DNA from: a candidate division FCPU426 bacterium
GTDB lineage: Bacteria; Oederibacteriota; Muellerivitia; Muellerivitales; Muellerivitaceae
Length of the DNA stretch: 64,000 nucleotides
Direction of reading: 5' to 3'
Assembly (NCBI GenBank): GCA_963847625.1
Contig: CAWKAR010000024.1
Coordinates: 1 to 64,000, forward strand
Shown: one piece after another, positions 18,798-29,600 of the stretch
Layout: each line of letters begins with the position of its first letter
Numbering within the stretch: the stretch's first letter is position 1
Notes under the pieces: model-generated
Database searches by the model: none
What the model was told of the DNA's origin: nothing
What the model saw: only the letters and a program-made list of their open reading frames with translations
Made by a program: the position numbers and the translations under genes

Positions 18798-20717
18798 ATG
18801 CAATCCCATCCATCCGATCCTTCCTCCGGGGAGGCTGCCCCCAGAAGAAGCCTCTTCTCTGGTTCCTGGTTCTGGCCTCTTCTTTCCTGTTTCCTTTTAA
18901 CCGCCCTTTTGGCCGCGCGCTTCATCACGGACCTGGACCTGGGCTTCCATTTGAGGGGCGGCCAATGGATCCTGCAAAACCACTGGGTTCCTTCAAAAGA
19001 CGCCTATACCTACACGGTCCCGGACCACCAATACCTGGACATCCATTGGCTTTACCAGGTCCTGCTTTACCTGGTGTACCTGGTAGGCGGTTACTCCCTC
19101 CTGACCCTCTGCAATATCTTCCTGATTACCGCGGCTTTTGCACTGGCCTGGATCCGCCTGAGGGAGAACGGGGTTCCCGCCTGGATGGGTGTCTTGCTGA
19201 TGGGGGCGGCCGCCTGGGTCTGCGAAATCCGCTTCCAGGTCAGGCCGGAAATTATCAGCTGGGTGCTCCTGGGAATGATGCTGTGGGTGCTGGAAGAAAG
19301 GGCGGGGAAACGGAAGGACTTGCTTTTTCTCCTGCCCCTGATCCAAATCATCTGGGCCAATGTCGAGGGGCTCTTCGCCCTGGGCTGGGGCGTGATGGCG
19401 GTGTTCCTGGTCTCCAGTGTCATCCATGACCGCCGGATCGACTGGAAAATGCTGAGATGGAGTTGCCTGGCCCTGACTGCGTGTTTTCTCAACCCTTATT
19501 TCCTTCAGGGAGTGGCTTACCCTTACTCCAATTGGAAGATTCTCAACTCGGAACTCTTCCGGCCCAATATCCGGGAGCTCCTGTCGCCATGGAACCTGTC
19601 CCAGAATTCCCCCATCCCCGAAGGGCCTCTCTTCATTTACAAACTGTTCTGTTTTTTCTTTCTCTTTCTGCTCCTGGCGACTTTCAAGCGCAGGAAGGCC
19701 CATGAACTGTTCCTGGCCGCCGCTTTCTTATTTTTATCCGCCGCGGCCAACCGGAACATACCGCTTTTCACGCTGGCCTGCCTGCCCATCGCGGCCGCCT
19801 GCTGGAAAGACCTGGATTGGGTCTGGCTCCGCAAATTCCAGGATAAATTCCTTTCCGGGCCTTGGGCCGCCCGGATTTTCACGGTTCTGGTCCTGGGCTT
19901 CGGCTTGAGGGTTGTCACCGGCGCCTATTACGTCGACGGCCACCGCTATGAGCGTTTCGGACTCGGGGTGAGCGAGGAAAGCCAGCCGGTGCGGGCTGCC
20001 GAGTTCCTGGTCAAGAACCGCCTGGACGGCAGGATCTTGAACACTTTGAATTCGGGCGGCTGGCTGGATTGGAAGGGTCCCCAGAAAGTTTTCATGGACG
20101 GACGGCTGGAAGTGATTGGGGATGCATTATTCGCCGAGTACCTCTTATCCCAGAAAACCGGGGGGCTGGACCCCTTAGCCAAAAAATACGGGGTCGACAT
20201 TCTCTTCATCAATCCCAGCCTTTTCACCCACTGGATCGCCGATCTTCCCAATAACCGGAATTGGAGGCTTGTTTACCTTGACGGATTCACCGCGATTTAT
20301 CTCCGCAACGGCTACGCCCCCTGGGTGCCGGAGATGGAGGATGCACGGTTCCTGGAGGAAAGTGGTGTTCCCGCGGACATTCTGGGCCAGACCCCGGAAC
20401 TTCTCGGGATTCCCGCGACCCCGGCCTGGCAAACCTATTTGGAGGGTTTTTACCGGCGTGCCTCCATGCCCACCGGTATTTTTTGGGCCGGGTCCTTTCT
20501 CTTGCTCGAGGGCCGTTTACGGGCGGGGGAGGCGTACTTGCTGGAGGCCATCCGCCGTTCCGGAGGAAGATACGGCGATTTGTATTACAGCCTGGGGCTC
20601 TTGTACAACTCCACCCAACGCTACAACGAGGCCAGGCTGTGCATGCAAAGGGTCCTGGAAGACAACCCCGTCAATTCCGTGGCCCTCCAGGTTCTTCAAA
20701 GCCTTCCTGGCCAATAA
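18798..20717 (+). CDS. Tandem paralogue 2 of 16832..18766
   Basis: Co-linear with long identical amino-acid and nucleotide stretches. Confidence 0.7.
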   Translation: MQSHPSDPSSGEAAPRRSLFSGSWFWPLLSCFLLTALLAARFITDLDLGFHLRGGQWILQNHWVPSKDAYTYTVPDHQYLDIHWLYQVLLYLVYLVGGYSLLTLCNIFLITAAFALAWIRLRENGVPAWMGVLLMGAAAWVCEIRFQVRPEIISWVLLGMMLWVLEERAGKRKDLLFLLPLIQIIWANVEGLFALGWGVMAVFLVSSVIHDRRIDWKMLRWSCLALTACFLNPYFLQGVAYPYSNWKILNSELFRPNIRELLSPWNLSQNSPIPEGPLFIYKLFCFFFLFLLLATFKRRKAHELFLAAAFLFLSAAANRNIPLFTLACLPIAAACWKDLDWVWLRKFQDKFLSGPWAARIFTVLVLGFGLRVVTGAYYVDGHRYERFGLGVSEESQPVRAAEFLVKNRLDGRILNTLNSGGWLDWKGPQKVFMDGRLEVIGDALFAEYLLSQKTGGLDPLAKKYGVDILFINPSLFTHWIADLPNNRNWRLVYLDGFTAIYLRNGYAPWVPEMEDARFLEESGVPADILGQTPELLGIPATPAWQTYLEGFYRRASMPTGIFWAGSFLLLEGRLRAGEAYLLEAIRRSGGRYGDLYYSLGLLYNSTQRYNEARLCMQRVLEDNPVNSVALQVLQSLPGQ

Positions 20718-20747
20718 ATTCATGAAATCCGGGTATTCTTTTAAATC

Positions 20748-21452
20748 TCACCAAATATAGGGAACCAACTTGTAATGAACCTTCTGGGTGTATTGCCGGT
20801 ATCCCTTCAATTCTTTCTGAAGCGTCTTGTCCTCCAGGATGGTGCGCACCATAAACAATATTAAAACCCCGATACCGCACCAAAACGCGACAAAGGAACC
20901 CAACACGATCGGGGAGGCCAGGTTGTAGAGAATGGCACCTGTATAACCCGGATGCCGGACAAAACGATAGGGCCCATGGCTTACCACTTTATGTCCCCGG
21001 TCTTTTTGGATGCGGACATGGCTGGAAAAAAAGGTGTTCACCCGCATGGCCCAAAAGGTGAGGCTGTTGGAAAGGACCATCACGAGAAAAGTCAGGATCA
21101 CTACATAGAAGGGGAGGGGAGCGGTCCAGCCGAACCTTTTATCAAGCCCCGCCAGGACAATGCAAAGTAACGGCAGGACAGCCGAGATCATCATGAAAAG
21201 AAACTTGTCCCACGGTTTCGCCTTTTTCTGGGCGGTCACGCGTTCCTTAACCAGATCCGGCGATTTTGAGAAAAACCCGGTTAACGAAACCACCAGGGTG
21301 AAATACGCGAGAAGGAATAACCATGCGTTCAACCAATGGAACGTGCCCGCCGACCCGAGCAACAATCCAGCGACAACTATACAAGTCGTCACGGCCTGGA
21401 AAATAGCCTTTCCATGGATCTTTTTTTTATTCATTACAAATTTCCTTTCCAT
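20748..21452 (-). CDS. Isoprenylcysteine carboxyl methyltransferase (ICMT/STE14) family membrane protein
   Basis: HKVVSHGPYRFVRHPGYTG, RTILED..L, GYRQY...V.YKLVPYIW. Confidence 0.88.
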   Translation of the reverse strand: MERKFVMNKKKIHGKAIFQAVTTCIVVAGLLLGSAGTFHWLNAWLFLLAYFTLVVSLTGFFSKSPDLVKERVTAQKKAKPWDKFLFMMISAVLPLLCIVLAGLDKRFGWTAPLPFYVVILTFLVMVLSNSLTFWAMRVNTFFSSHVRIQKDRGHKVVSHGPYRFVRHPGYTGAILYNLASPIVLGSFVAFWCGIGVLILFMVRTILEDKTLQKELKGYRQYTQKVHYKLVPYIW

Positions 21453-21488
21453 GTAAGGCGTCCCCGGCCTTTGGGAACCGGCACCGCG

Positions 21489-23594
21489 TCACCGGCTCAT
21501 GTATTGAAGGAGCTGGCCGGCCCGGGCGTAGTTGGGATCCGAATGAAGAGCCTTTTGGAGCCACTTTCTGGCCTCGGGGTAGTTGCCTGCCTGGTAGGAC
21601 ATCAGTCCCGCGTAGTAATAGAGATCCGTGTCCCGAGGCACCATGAGAATGGCCTTTTGGATCCAGAGCCCCGCCTGATCCAGATCCCCCAAATGAAAAT
21701 AGTCGACCCCGATGTCGATAAGAATGCTCTGGTGAAAGACGACGGCGTGCAAAAGAGGCCCTAAACCAAGGTACTCGGGCCCGCGGTCAAGGACATTTTG
21801 AGAACTCTTCGGGTTCCAATCCTGAATCGACATCAAGTTGGCCAGGCTTTTCTCGTACCATTCCCGTGCTTTTCGCGAAAGGGAGGCGGGGGATTTTCCC
21901 CCGGAGCCAGCTTCCAAGGCGGCGGCCAGGTTCATTTCATACAAGGCCAATAATTTGCGCTTCCCCCCGTAATCCTGCAATATGGAGTTCCAGGAGCGTA
22001 GATCCACCGAGGAATATGGCTTTTCCAGATGCCTCAGCCGCGCGTTCGACCAAAAAGTATCGTTGCTTCTTTCATCGAAAACGGGTTTTTGGGGAGGAGG
22101 GGTTCCTTCCTGGGCGAGTCCTAAAGGAGCCAGGTTCAGGTCCTCTAGGCCCGCTTCCTTGGGGGGGAATGAAAAATAGAAACGCCGCTGGGGATTGTTC
22201 CGAACCATCCACGGGAATAGCGGGTCGAAGTCATAGACCTTGTCCGGATCGTGGAGCGGATATGGGACCTTCAGGCCCGGGTGGGAGCGGGCCAGTTGGA
22301 TGCGGTTCCAATCCATGGATAGGCTGGACCCCAGCACGCATAGGTCGGGCCTCCTGCCTTCCACAAACTGGAAATACCAGCTGGGAAATTGCAGTTCGTC
22401 CCCTGCGCAAAAGAAAAAGGCGTTTAAGGGCAGGGGTTTCCAGGCGTTGAGGGTGTAATCGTAGATACAGGTGTAATGAGCCTGCCCGCTGTTTGCCACC
22501 CTGTAACCTGCCCCCGTGAGGGAAAGGGCCAGAAGCGCCGCTCCGAAGGCGGTAGCGCGGGTCTGGGATTTTCCCCAAAGGCGGAAAAGCCCCCAAGCGC
22601 CGAGGCCCGAGAGAAGCACGAGCAAAACCCAGGAAGAAACGGAATAATCCTCCAAGAGAGGAGGCCTTTTACCGGAAAAATTGGAAAAAACGCTGATGGA
22701 GGCCACCAGACCCGCCCAAGCCGCCAACAAGCCCAAGGCCCTCAGGTGGTTTTTTTTCCATTCGAAAAACAATCCCGCCAGGGCCAGCAATCCCAGCCCC
22801 GAGAATTCCGAAAAGGCCATCTGGAGATACAGGACCAAGGCATGGATCCATTGGCCGGCATCCGTGGTGAAGTCCCGCCCCTTGTCGACGTGGCGGCTGA
22901 AATGTTTTAGGAAAAGGCCCAGGTTGGCGGGATAACCCCAATTCACCACCGGTTCGTTCATCGCGCGCAAGGGAAGGTAAAGGTAAAGGGATGAACCCAT
23001 CAGAAAGAAAAGGGCGGGTTCCAACAGGTATCGGGTGTTCCATGGTTTTTGCCGGGAAATTTCATAGGCGAGAATAATCAGGCCGGGGCCGTAAACCGCC
23101 ATGGTCATCCAGTGGCCCCCCAGGGAAAGGCCGTAAAGGAAGGCGGCCAGCTTCAGGCGCCCGCCCAGCAGGCTGGCCAGGATGGCCAGCACGAAAACCC
23201 CCGCGAGCTCGTAAATGCCCCTTTTGGCGCATAAGGCCGAGGGGTAGGAGGAGGCGCCCGCCATCCAGAGGAACGCGAAGGCCATACTGATGAAAACGGG
23301 GATCTCGAACCTTCGGTGCAACAGGAAAAAGGTCAGCAGACAAATCAGGGAAGCCAGGAGGACAGAGAACAGGTTGACGCTGAAGCATACTGGAAGCGGC
23401 AGAAGTGACATGAGACGGCCCGCCAACATATAAAGGGGATAACCGGGAGGATGGGCTACTCCCAACGTGGCGGCGGCGGTGATAATTTCGGGGCTGTCAT
23501 CCGTGTAAAAACTGGGATTGACTCCCAGCAGGGCGCATTCAAAAGCGGCCAGGAAAACCAGGGGGCCCATGAGGAAGCTTTTCGTATTGAACAA
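21489..23594 (-). CDS. DUF2723 / TMEM260-like membrane glycosyltransferase with TPR
   Basis: DDSPEIITAAATLGVAHPPGYPLY, YLYLPLRA...P.VNWG, GRRPDL, C-terminal TPR. Confidence 0.82.
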   Translation of the reverse strand: MFNTKSFLMGPLVFLAAFECALLGVNPSFYTDDSPEIITAAATLGVAHPPGYPLYMLAGRLMSLLPLPVCFSVNLFSVLLASLICLLTFFLLHRRFEIPVFISMAFAFLWMAGASSYPSALCAKRGIYELAGVFVLAILASLLGGRLKLAAFLYGLSLGGHWMTMAVYGPGLIILAYEISRQKPWNTRYLLEPALFFLMGSSLYLYLPLRAMNEPVVNWGYPANLGLFLKHFSRHVDKGRDFTTDAGQWIHALVLYLQMAFSEFSGLGLLALAGLFFEWKKNHLRALGLLAAWAGLVASISVFSNFSGKRPPLLEDYSVSSWVLLVLLSGLGAWGLFRLWGKSQTRATAFGAALLALSLTGAGYRVANSGQAHYTCIYDYTLNAWKPLPLNAFFFCAGDELQFPSWYFQFVEGRRPDLCVLGSSLSMDWNRIQLARSHPGLKVPYPLHDPDKVYDFDPLFPWMVRNNPQRRFYFSFPPKEAGLEDLNLAPLGLAQEGTPPPQKPVFDERSNDTFWSNARLRHLEKPYSSVDLRSWNSILQDYGGKRKLLALYEMNLAAALEAGSGGKSPASLSRKAREWYEKSLANLMSIQDWNPKSSQNVLDRGPEYLGLGPLLHAVVFHQSILIDIGVDYFHLGDLDQAGLWIQKAILMVPRDTDLYYYAGLMSYQAGNYPEARKWLQKALHSDPNYARAGQLLQYMSR

Positions 23595-23640
23595 TCGGAA
23601 CCTCTGAAAAAAAGCCGGTATTAGTTTTTGAATATATTAA

Positions 23641-23780
23641 GGTACCCCTATAAATTGCTGTTCCCCTTCTCCCTAGAGGGTAGAAGGATGGGATGAGGGT
23701 GGAAATAGCGAGGTTTTTTACCCCTCACCCTACTCTCTCCCTCAAGTGGCGAGGGCTTAAATGAATTTTTAGAGGTTCCC
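23641..23780. mobile_element. MITE-like element containing a REP-like hairpin pair
   Basis: Imperfect TIRs GGTACCCCTATAAATT / (rc) GGGAACCTCTAAAAATT flanked by TTAA on both sides; internal CCCCTCACCCT..CTCTCCC..GAGGG motif. Confidence 0.55.
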
Positions 23781-23898
23781 TTAAGTGTTTCATCCCTTGC
23801 GGGAGTTTTCGGACTCGATTTTAATCCTTATGGTAACGGCCCGGGGAATTTAAAGGCCTTTTGGATTTTAATCGAAGCTGATTTGACTGCCGCGCCGG

Positions 23899-24915
23899 TC
23901 ACGGAACCAGGAGGATTTTGCCGATGTTACGTCGCGCCTCCACGTAATGGAAGGCTTCGACGGCCTCGGCAAATGTAAAAGTCCGGTCCACGTGCGGCTT
24001 GAGCCAGCCCTCCCGAACGCCCTTCAGGATTTCCGAAAACCAACCCTGGACTTTTTCCACCTCGCCCCAAAGATGCCCCAGGTTCGCTCCGAAAACCCCC
24101 CGGTTCCCGTTCATGAGGGAAACCGGGTTGAACAAGGGCATGTGGTAGAGGAGTTTCAGGAGCGCCAGAAGTTTGGGCCCCTTGGTTTCGGACATGCTGG
24201 ATATGCCGTAAACCCCCAATCGTCCGGTAGGACGAAGCAATCTGTAATTTTTCTTCCAGGAGGCGCCCCCCAGGGGGTCCAGGATCAAATCAACCCCCTT
24301 TCCTCCGGTAAGTTTGCGGACCTCGCTGACCCAATCTCGGTTCCGGTAGTCGATGGCCTGTTGCAGTCCCTGCTTTTTCAAGAAGGCGTGTTTGCCCGCG
24401 CTGGCCGTTCCCAGGATGACCGCCCCGATCTTGCGGGCGAATTGGAGCGCGGCCAACCCCACCCCTCCTCCGGCGTTATGAATGAGAATGGTTTCGCCTT
24501 TGCTTAATCCGCCCATGGCCACCACCAGTTGGTATGCGGTGATGTAATTCACAGGAACGGCGGCCGCTTCTTCCAGGGTCAAATTTTCGGGTTTCTCAAA
24601 GACCTGGCCTACAGGAAGGTTGATTTTCCCGGAATAACCCCCAAAACGCGTAAAGGCGAAGACATCCTTTCCCAACCAGCGGGGATCCACTCCGGCGCCC
24701 ACGGTTTCCACAGTGCCGGCGATTTCATATCCCAACACACAGGGAGGCGTGGGGGCGTCGGGATAAAGACCCTTCGTTGCCAACAAGTCGGCAAAGTTAA
24801 AACCTGCGGCCTTCACCGCAACAGTCATTTCCCCCGGCCCCGGAGGGGGCAGGGGGGTTTCTTTTACCTCCAGGGCTTCCGGCCCGCCGTGGCGGGTGAT
24901 CCAAATTTGTTTCAT
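23899..24915 (-). CDS. Medium-chain dehydrogenase/reductase (NADPH:quinone oxidoreductase, VAT-1-like)
   Basis: AAGFNFAD, GYEIAG, ILIHNAGGGVG, GVDLILDPLGG, NIGKILL. Confidence 0.9.
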   Translation of the reverse strand: MKQIWITRHGGPEALEVKETPLPPPGPGEMTVAVKAAGFNFADLLATKGLYPDAPTPPCVLGYEIAGTVETVGAGVDPRWLGKDVFAFTRFGGYSGKINLPVGQVFEKPENLTLEEAAAVPVNYITAYQLVVAMGGLSKGETILIHNAGGGVGLAALQFARKIGAVILGTASAGKHAFLKKQGLQQAIDYRNRDWVSEVRKLTGGKGVDLILDPLGGASWKKNYRLLRPTGRLGVYGISSMSETKGPKLLALLKLLYHMPLFNPVSLMNGNRGVFGANLGHLWGEVEKVQGWFSEILKGVREGWLKPHVDRTFTFAEAVEAFHYVEARRNIGKILLVP

Positions 24916-24976
24916 GGGGAAAATCCTTTAGGAAACAGGGAATTGAAAATCATGAGGGAATATAGGCCAGGCCCGG

Positions 24977-25549
24977 TTAAGGCCGGTATTTTAAAAACTG
25001 GTATACCCACCAGAGAATCAATACCAATAACTCCAAAGAAATTACGATGGGTCGGATTTTAGATTTGCCCCTCTGATTTTCCCGGCTTTTCGTCGCGTCG
25101 TGCGAAGACCGCCAGGTCAGTCCATTTGATGGATTCGACTCCCTTGGGTCGCTCACCACAGGCTCGTTCGACACAATCTCTAAATTCAAAGGAGGGTTCT
25201 CTATCGTCTTACCCGGGGTTGGCACCGGAGTCTTTTCCCCACTTTTTGACAACACCTGATAACGGACGCCTTGTCCGCTTCCCATCCGCTCAATGCGCTT
25301 TTGGCCCTGAAGTTTTTTCAGGTTGTAAGCCAGGGTGCTTCGGGTCCAATGCAGTTCTTTGGCCAGGTCCCCGGGTTTGGCCTTTCCCCGGAGTTGAATG
25401 CAATGAAAAAGCAATTTCATATTTTCGTTTGTCGCCCCGGAGATTATTCTTCCCCTGTTCTTGGGCGATTGCTTTGGGGCGGGGCTGGAATCCCGGAGGG
25501 GCTGGCTGTTTGGTTTTAAACCGGGTAAGTTTCGGCGAGGTTCTGTCAT
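24977..25549 (-). CDS. Winged-HTH protein with C-terminal TM helix
   Basis: PGDLAKELHWTRSTLAYNLKKL..RIERMGSG..VRY wHTH; hydrophobic C-terminus. Confidence 0.6.
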   Translation of the reverse strand: MTEPRRNLPGLKPNSQPLRDSSPAPKQSPKNRGRIISGATNENMKLLFHCIQLRGKAKPGDLAKELHWTRSTLAYNLKKLQGQKRIERMGSGQGVRYQVLSKSGEKTPVPTPGKTIENPPLNLEIVSNEPVVSDPRESNPSNGLTWRSSHDATKSRENQRGKSKIRPIVISLELLVLILWWVYQFLKYRP

Positions 25550-25604
25550 GGTTGGTCTCCGGGGAAAAAGGGTTTAATGATACCTTTTAGGGCTATTTCC
25601 GGCA

Positions 25605-26148
25605 AATTGGAAGAAAAAATTAAAAATTGGAAGAATAGGCTTTCTCAATCTCGCTTCTTAGGAAGTAAACCGCTCCCAGGCCACGAAAGCACAGAGGATT
25701 AAAAGCACTAAGGCTGGAACGTATTTCCCGAAAGGGTGTTTGTGCCGGGAGTGAAAACCCAGGGCCAAGAGCATCACGATCACCAGGCAGGAGGCCGCAA
25801 TGGGGGTTAGGATCATGTGTCTCCCGGTGGCCCATGGAAGGATCAAACCCAGGGCCCCCGCAGTCTCGCTCAGGCCGATGATGAAGGCCAATTCCTGGGA
25901 GGGAACATCGGGTCCCTCCTGGACCTTGAATTTTTCATATGAAAAAATCTTCATTTTGGCGGCCATTAAAAACGCGGCCGCCAGCAAGCTTTGGATGACC
26001 CATAACGCGATATTCATGATTTCCTCCAGGTGTGTTTTTTATCTTCCAATAGGTTTGAATTTAAGAACATGAGGGCTATTTCCACCCCTATTCTTCCAAT
26101 TTTATTCGGTTCGCATAAAATTGGAAGACAAGACTATAAATTGGAAGA
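25605..26148. promoter_or_regulatory. Repeated ATTGGAAGA operator-like boxes on both sides of doxX
   Basis: Copies at 25605, 25625, 26042(rc), 26092(rc), 26119, 26139. Confidence 0.5.
25658..26017 (-). CDS. DoxX family membrane protein
   Basis: MNIALWVIQSLLAAAFL...K, IGLSETAGALGLILP, LTPIAA, FH. Confidence 0.85.
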   Translation of the reverse strand: MNIALWVIQSLLAAAFLMAAKMKIFSYEKFKVQEGPDVPSQELAFIIGLSETAGALGLILPWATGRHMILTPIAASCLVIVMLLALGFHSRHKHPFGKYVPALVLLILCAFVAWERFTS

Positions 26149-26605
26149 TTAAACCTCCCCCGCCGCGATTGTTTTAGCCCCTTCTGGTCAATCCATGTTC
26201 TCTGCCCCATTAACTAGGTCGGCATCCAATATGTTTTTTTAAGAAAGAAACGGATTTTCATCCAAGGGAAAACGGCCAACCTCAAAGCCCGGCGAAAGAG
26301 GACTCCCCATTAAAGTTTAAAAATAATAGCCTAGTTTTATAGAGAATCGGCACAGCGATGGGCGGGAGGATTGGACAAGGTAAGAAGCGATAAAGGCGCG
26401 TACCCATCACCGGTAGTAGAAAAAATCAACCAGAATGCCCCTGTTTTGCTTTTCGGGAGTTGACCTTCCCGGTCATCGGCAGGTTCGACCGGCCATGGAG
26501 TGGATAAAGGGAGGGGGAGCGATATAATAAATACCATATAACTGGCGACGTTCAGGGAAAGGTCCTCCCTTATATTCCGGTTTAAAACCTATCATTGGTT
26601 GAAAA

Positions 26606-29600
26606 ATGAGATATCCGAAACGGTTTCAACTGTTGGCCCCCAAGTGTGCGCTTGTTTTTCTGCCGGTATTTCTCTTTTTGGCGCCAAGGTGGGTTTCAGG
26701 CCAGGTTCCGGTTGCCACTCGCGGGGTAACTGGTGATCTTTGGGCCGACAAAATCCTGGGCCAAACCGATTTCTCGCAAACCCACGAAGACGAAGTGACC
26801 GCCAAGACCCTGTTCCACGACGAGAGCGTCATTGTCGATAACCTCCATAATATCCTCTATGTCTGGGATTCCGCCAACAGCCGCGTCCTGGGGGTCTCGA
26901 ACTTTAGCAACGCGGCGAACGGCCAGGGCGCGGATATTGTTTTGGGCCAGGAAGATTTCGTGCACGGCGGGAGCAACCACGATTCCAACTGGCAGACTTT
27001 TAATTTATCCGTCTCGCCCAGCGCTTTTTACAGCCCCCCCGTTTTGCCGACCGCCTATACCCTGATGGGTCAATCCTATAACCTCCAATCCACCGAGGAA
27101 GCCGGGTCCCAGGCCAATATGGCCGTGGACTCCCAGGGCGATCTTTACGTGCCCGACTACGGGAATAACCGCGTCTTACGTTTTAATTACCCGGTTTATA
27201 CCAACGAACCGGCATCGTATGTCTGGGGCCAGATCGATGGTTCGGGAACCCCGCATTTCGATTTTCAAGCGGCCAACAACGTCGGAAACAACGTCCCGTC
27301 CTATCCCACCAGCACGAATTTAAATTTTTTCCCCACCAGCCAAATTGAACACACCGATGGTTTTTTGCCCGAGTATGGGGCCGGGGTGGCCGTCGATTCC
27401 TGGGGCAATTTATGGGTGGCCGACTCCCAAAACAACCGTGTCCTGCGCTTTCCCAACACGGGTTCGGGCGTTCCCTCGACCACGGCGGACGTGGTCCTGG
27501 GGCAGAATAGTTTTTCGGCCAATGGCGCCAATGGTGCGGGAAGTTACAACAACCTCACCGCTTTCCCCATCCTCCGGGAACCGCAGGCGGTGCGGGTGGA
27601 TGTTTCGGGAAACGTCTACGTGATGGAGTGCAGCGGGTATGGGGGTTACGGCCGGATTTCCATATTCAAGCCGACCGGCGCCACCGGTTCGGGCGTTCCC
27701 ACCTATACCCTGGGGGAGACGGCGTCCCAAATGATCCTGGAAATGAACGGGGGCACTAGCTACGGCACCGGCGAACCCATGGGGATGGAGCTGGACCCCA
27801 ACCTGGACACTTCCACCCAGGTGGGGCTTTGGTCGGTCGACCATTTGGCCGGGCTCATTTACCATTACAAGGTTACCTGGCCTACCTTCACCGTGACAAT
27901 CCTGCAAAGTTTTTCAACGGAGGAATACCAGGCCTCACCCGGGGTGGCTTCCAACGGGGACCTTTACGTGGGGGAGTACCGCAATGACACTGTCGACCAT
28001 TTTCCCGCGGGGGCCACATCGCCGAATTTATATTTATTTCAAACCACGGGATACAACGGCCCCGGGAATATGCCGGGGGATGTCGGCTTTAGGGAACCGA
28101 ATGGGGCCCTCGTGGCCGTGTCCGCCTCCGGGGTCACGCAAATCATCGGCGCGGACTGTTTCCGCATTCATTTCTGGAACATGCCGGACTCGGGGCCCTC
28201 GGGTTTAAACAACGGCCAGCCCGAGGACGGCTACGCGGGGACCAGCAATCCATACGTTTTTGACGTCTACCTGAGGCAGGGTTACGGACAAATGGCCCAG
28301 GATCCCACCGGAAATTACCTGTGGGTCATCGACCAGTTGGATAACGCCAACAGGGCCGACGCTTTCTCCCTCCCCCTGTCCAAAATCCCGGAAGTGAATC
28401 CCGTGGTGACGGTGTCCTCGCCCCTCTCGGTTTTGGGGCAAACCACCCAGGCCACTTTCACGGTCATCTCCGGATTGACGATGGATGCCGCGGGAAACCT
28501 GTGGCTTGCCGATGAGACGAAAAACCGGGTGATGCGGGTCCGCAACCCGCTGACGGTCCCGGTGGTCGATATCATCCTCGGGCAAACCAACACGACCAAT
28601 ACGGGTTCGGGCTTGAGCGCGGCCACCTTTGAGAACCCGAGTTTCCTGAAATTCGACCACCACGGCGACCTTTACGTTTCGGACGATTGGCTTGAATTCA
28701 TCGGAAACAACCGGATGCTGCGTTTCGACGCCAAGAGCATTCCCGCCAATCCGGCCGCCTGTGTCTTCGCCATCCCGGCCGACGGCGTCTATGGGACCGG
28801 GGGGAGTTTCACCTCCCCAGGCACCACCCAGTATGACAGCGCCTTTTGGGAAATGGCTTTCACCTCCGACGACAGTTTCATGGTGGCGGGTACGAACAGC
28901 CAGGTGAACTCGGGCTATCCCCCGGTCATCCTCCAAAACCCCCGCAACGGCATCATGCCGGCGGGGACACCCGACGTGCCGGGGGCGGGGGACAATATTT
29001 ACGGCCATTTGAGGGACTACGGCCCCCAGTCCTTCTCGGTGAATTTCGACGGCAACAACAACCTTTACGCCATGGACCTCAACCGCGACCGCATCCTGGT
29101 TTACTACCAGCCCTTTTCGATAGGGACCCAGACGCCCACCCCCACGCCGACCAATATCCCGGCGAACACCGCCACCAACTCGCCGACCCTCACCCCCACC
29201 CCCACGCCGGGGGCTGTCCTGGCCTGCGGATCCTCCCATAACTGGTCCGTCCCCCAGCCTAACGGAATTGCCGTCGATTCGGCGGGCAACGTCTATGTGG
29301 CCGATGATTCGGCTAAACGGATCGATATCTTTTATCCCAGCGGCGCCCCCATGTCCCCGACCTCCTCCATCGGTGTGGGTTATTTAACATCGCCCGTGGG
29401 AGTGGCGGTGGACGGGCAGGGAATGGTTTATGTGACCGACGGGATTCAAAGCAGTTACACATATGGCACGGCCCAATACCGGGTGGATGTTTTCAACGGC
29501 ATCAACAGCGCCAACCCTGGCTCCATCGCGGCCAGTTGGGTCAGCGCCGCGAGCAGTACCCACGTCCTGGAGGCGCCGGTGGGGATCGCCGTGAATTCCG

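Noticed and set aside
26260..26600. Possible c-di-GMP riboswitch in the long leader of the NHL gene
   Set aside because: Conserved GEMM core motifs not found in the proper arrangement
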